In this document: in pieces, positions 60,012-64,000 of the stretch
Numbering within the stretch: the stretch's first letter is position 1
How the letters are laid out: each line of letters opens with the position of its first letter
Assembly (NCBI GenBank): GCA_051313645.2
Contig: JBNRSN020000025.1
Span: 24,738,001-24,802,000 of the forward strand
DNA from: Centroscyllium fabricii
Taxonomy: Eukaryota
Reading direction: 5' to 3'
Length of the DNA: 64,000 bases
Position numbers and translations under genes: made by a program
Notes under the pieces: generated by a model
Told to the model about the DNA's origin: nothing
Databases searched by the model: none
What the model saw: the letters and a program-made list of their open reading frames with translations, nothing else

Positions 60012-60107
60012 CTGTTTCTCGCTCCACAGATGCTGCCTGACCTGCTGAGTATTTCCAGCATTTTCTGTTTTTATTATATATAATATAATGACCTACATGG
60101 GTGAAGA

Positions 60108-60509
60108 GGGCGGCGCGGTGGCATAGTGGTTAGCATTGTTGCCTCACAGCACTGGAGACCCGGGTTCAAATCCAGCCTCGGGTACTATCTGTGTGGAGTT
60201 TGCACATTCTCCCCGTGTCTGCGTGGGTTTCCTCCGGGTGCTCCGGTTTCCTCCCACAGTCCAAAGATGTGCGGGTTAGGTTGATTGGCCATGATAAATT
60301 GACCCTTAGTGTTAGGGGGATTGAATATGTGGGGTTATGGGGATAGGGTGGGATATGTGTCGGTGCAGGCTCGATAGGGATCGAGGGATATGGGGACAAG
60401 GCAGGGGCAGGGTACTGGGTTTGGATGATCAGCCATGATCTCATTGAATGGCGGAGCAGGCTCGAAGGGCCGAATGGCCTACTCCTATCTTCTATGTTTC
60501 TATGTTTCT
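60108..60509 (+). mobile_element. V-SINE (HE1-like)
   Basis: Near-identical to 10750-11150. Confidence 0.92.
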
Positions 60510-61373
60510 TTCAATTCTAGGGTGCCTGCATTGCTGGTGAGATCTGATTAGCACAATTTCTGTTTGGGTAGGCTATCATAAGCTTTGCATGGGTGGGCCC
60601 TGACTAGCTGCATGATGACTTTGTCACTCATGTGTTTTCAGAGCTTGAGGAAAAAAATAAAATCGGTGTTCCCACTATTACCATGATGCAGGTCTGATGA
60701 ACGTAGGCTTTCAAACTGGGGTCCTCTGACCCTAGAGATCTCAAAATCATCAGATTTCTGTCTGCCTGTTATCAAATTTATGTATTTTTATCTGTACATG
60801 TTGACTTGCTAACATTATTTCTATTGTTGTAAACTAATAAATATAACACTGTTTTCCTTTTGGGTAGCGGACTGTCTTTCAGAAGTTAGGACAGATGGTC
60901 CTCAGGATTGTGTCAATAATTGCAGGGGGTACCTGAAAGTGTGTTAATATTTGCAGTGGCTGTTACCCCGCCACCCCTCCCCCAACCTTCACATACACAT
61001 GTGCACACATACACACAAATGTTTGAAAGCCACTGCTGTAGAAGGTTTTACAGATAATTATAATGATTATTATTAAAGGGATACAGTCTTCACTAAACTT
61101 ACTAAGCGCATGAAGCAATGATCGCAATTACATTACTCTAAATTATGGAACTTCTCAACTTCCTTAGTTTTTCTTCCATCTCTGATTGACGGCCTTTTAA
61201 AACCCAATTGATTAGCACTCAATTTATCCAATCTTTTTTCGTACTATTTTCAACCATCTTCGAGTTTCCTTTGTGTGCACAGACTATGGCTCTTAGCCCT
61301 TCACTTAGGTTTGTCAATTTTTTAAAAAGTGTTACAGTACCATTCTACAGTTGTGCAATTGCTGATCCCTTTA

Positions 61374-61780
61374 GGGTGGCACGGTGGCTCAGTGGTTAGC
61401 ACTGCTGTCTCACAGCACTGGAGACCCGGGTTCAAATCCAGCCTCGGGTACTATCTGTGTGGAGTTTGCACATTCTCCCCGTGTCTGCGTGGGTTTCCTC
61501 CGGGTGCTCCGGTTTCCTCCCACAGTCCAAAGATGTGCAGGTTAGGTTGATTGGCCATGATACATTGACCCTTAGTGTTAGGGGGATTGAATATGTGGGG
61601 GTTACGGGGATAGGGTGGGATGTGTGTCGATGCAGGCTCGATAGGGATCGAGGGATATGGGGAGAGGGCAGGGACAGGGTACTGGGTTTGTATGTTCAGC
61701 CATGATCTCATTGAATGGCGGAGCAGGCTCGAAGGGCCGAATGGCCTACTCCTGCTCCTAGTTTCTATGTTTCTATGTTT
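61374..61780 (+). mobile_element. V-SINE (HE1-like)
   Basis: Near-identical to 10750-11150. Confidence 0.92.
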
Positions 61781-62284
61781 ACATGACCCTTGAAGAAATT
61801 CCTTTTCCTGCTTGTGTTTTATTTTGGAAGGTATTTTCTTTGCTGCAGTGATATGTTTGGTGTTTAATGAATTTTCACTTTACTTAATTCCATAATTAAT
61901 CTACTTGTGACCCCTGCAAAGAGATAATTTCAGTTATTGTAGTACAGTATATTAGCATATGTCTTGTGATGTTGCTCACAGTACTCACAGATGTGCTGTT
62001 TTGTGACTGGAAACTTATACTATGAAATGCACAATGTTTCAATCTGCTACTGAGATAAATCAGTATTTAATGTGGCCTTGTGTCTAATTGCTGTAAACTG
62101 GCACATCCTATGTTTAATTGCTGTTGGTGAGGAGAACTTGTAGGTTAGTGGGTAGTTGTAGATTTCTGGCTCCAGGTTGGAAGAAAACAGTCTGAAATTT
62201 CGATTTATGTTTTTTTTTTTTTTTTAATCCTTCCGCCCCCGCCCCCCCACCGTCACAATGTTTTTGACCCTTTTGAAACATGAT

Positions 62285-63359
62285 TGTAAGGGATCGGTGT
62301 AACGGAATGAGGGCGGGGCCCAAATGCAGAGACACTGAAAACGTCTTTTATAACAAAACTCCTTTATAACAAAACCACATAGAAGAGCATTAACATACAA
62401 ATATATAGTAAACATATTAAACACAAGTCTAACTAAAGACTGGCACAGAACTTCCCAAAGTAGTGAGAAATGAACAGAGGGATGCCACGCAACAAAGCGC
62501 ATCATTTTCCCTAGGAATATAAGTCCAAACATCTGTATTACAGGCATCACTGTCCAACTTAAACGAGTCTTCCTCTGTAAGCAGGACATCACAATCCAAC
62601 TGCTTAAAGAGAACAGAACAAGTTCTCCTCTGCGAGTAGGACATCACAATACAACTCCCCGTAGAGGATTTGGGAACAGCTTCTGCATAACAGGTATCAA
62701 TGTCCAAACCTAGGTTCGGATGAAAATGAAACAAATGTCCAAGTAGTAGATTCAGATCCACAAGCAGGGGAACGCCCTTACTCAACATATGAATTGTCCA
62801 TGCCTGAGTTCCAGATAGCAGAGCGCAATGTCAAGGCAGAGTGATCTGAGCTCCAACCCCATTGCCTCTCTTAAGCAACTCAGCCTGTGCTGCCGGTGGC
62901 TGAACTCAATGTCCCGACAGATGACAACTAGGAATTCACTGGAGACTACTCCACAGCCAGTCTCACTCTAGCTGCTACAGCTAGTCTCACCCTAGCCGAG
63001 TGGTCCAAAGGGAATCCGTCCTCAATCGGGCAAGGGAAAGTCCAAAACCATAGCCTCTCCAGAAGCACAGAAGCAGTACCACTCCCTCCAGTGGCTTGTA
63101 GCATGTGTTAGTGGAAATCCAGTTCATTCAATGATCCCGCCCTGCTCTCATCACTACCTCCAGCTTATGAACCAAAACCGGCCAACATACAATTTGGTGT
63201 TAGCCAATAAGCTGAAGGCAATGAGAACAGGAACACAACAAGCAATTGACAAAGATAATAGAATAAATAATGGAATAACAGGGGAACCCAGTCCTCAAAA
63301 CAGGTGTGAAGCACAACAAAACTGTTTTGAATTCTTAAAGGGACAGGAACCCTGTGACA
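62285..63359. mobile_element. Solo LTR or non-autonomous LTR element (1075 bp)
   Basis: TGTAA...TGACA ends with a perfect 5-bp TSD atgat at 62280-62284 and 63360-63364. Confidence 0.7.
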
Positions 63360-63377
63360 ATGATGGTGTGCACTATG

Positions 63378-63600
63378 GTGTGTCCTGGCCAATATTTCTC
63401 CCTCAACCAACATAGCAAAAACAGATTATGTGGTCATTATCACATTGCTGTTTGTGGGAGCTTGCTGTGCGCAAATTGGCTGCTACGTTTCCCACCTTAC
63501 AACAGTGACTCCACTTCAAAAGTACTTCATTGACAGCAAAGCGCTTAGAGACGTCTGGTGGCCGTGAAAGGCGCTATATAAATGCAAGTCCTTTTTCTTT
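63378..63600 (+). mobile_element. Deu-domain SINE, 3' half
   Basis: gtcctggccaatattt...gtgaaaggcgctatataaatgcaagtc. Confidence 0.8.
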
Positions 63601-64000
63601 TTTACTACAGTACAGGTATATGCAAAACTTTTAAAAAACATATTTACATTGATTATCTGAATGTTTTAAAGAAAATGGACCGAGAAATAATTCTGTGTGA
63701 TATTAATGTGTTTGTCTGAAATTATTTTGTCCATTATTTTAACTGAGGTGTTAAAATAGAAATGATACTGTGTGGTATTACTGTATGAACATGCTAAATG
63801 TTTGCATGGTACTATCACACATGGTATTTTTCTAGGCTATGGGTGTGGACGTAATCCTTATTGTAACATGGCAATGCCCACCTTGTCAAAGGGCAATTGA
63901 CTTTTTACTTTTGTGGTAATTGGTTCCACACATTATAGCTGGGTCAGCCTCTCAAAGGACGAGCAGAGACTTTTTAACGTGCCAGCCTCAGTTGAATCTC

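Larger units (their letters stand above)
57552..60075. mobile_element. Penelope-like element: two inverted partial copies with RT C-terminus and GIY-YIG endonuclease remnants
   Basis: Minus arm to ~58950 (FASNFHPSLTFT...LPFLD; FTCTSCNLVYCI...LLYTGE). Plus arm from ~58951 (CTSYNLVYCICCSRCGLLYIEET). TSD aatataatga(a/c)ctac at 57537-57551 and 60082-60096. Confidence 0.9.
40174..64000 (+). other. PRDM16: PRDM16 intron 1 (continues beyond the window)
   Basis: GT donor at 40174. No PR/SET-coding exon seen downstream. Intron 1 is very long in other vertebrates. Confidence 0.75.

Overview
Vertebrate genomic DNA, most likely from a shark or other cartilaginous fish, judged from the repeat complement (V-SINE/HE1-type SINEs with CR1 tails, Deu/SacSINE-type SINEs, LF-SINE-like copies, CR1/L2 LINEs, Penelope elements). 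The ORF track misses the main gene. At 40137-40173 (+) is the 37-nt first coding exon of PRDM16 (MRSKARARKLAK followed by a GT donor). It lies inside a ~29-kb CpG-retaining, TE-poor regulatory domain (~19.7-48.9 kb), and the rest of the window is intron 1. The actin-like CDS at 2-769 (+) sits in the position and orientation of mammalian ACTRT2 relative to PRDM16. The flanks are TE-rich. They include a nested stack (MITE > CR1 > full-length Gypsy LTR element > Penelope hairpin), several TSD-flanked inverted Penelope units with minimal hammerhead ribozyme motifs, a ~520-bp fold-back palindrome that copied host DNA, a young Rex1/Babar LINE, a Tigger-like MITE rich in NRF1/YY1 motifs, and a solo LTR. 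Family and gene names come from recalled motifs, not database searches.
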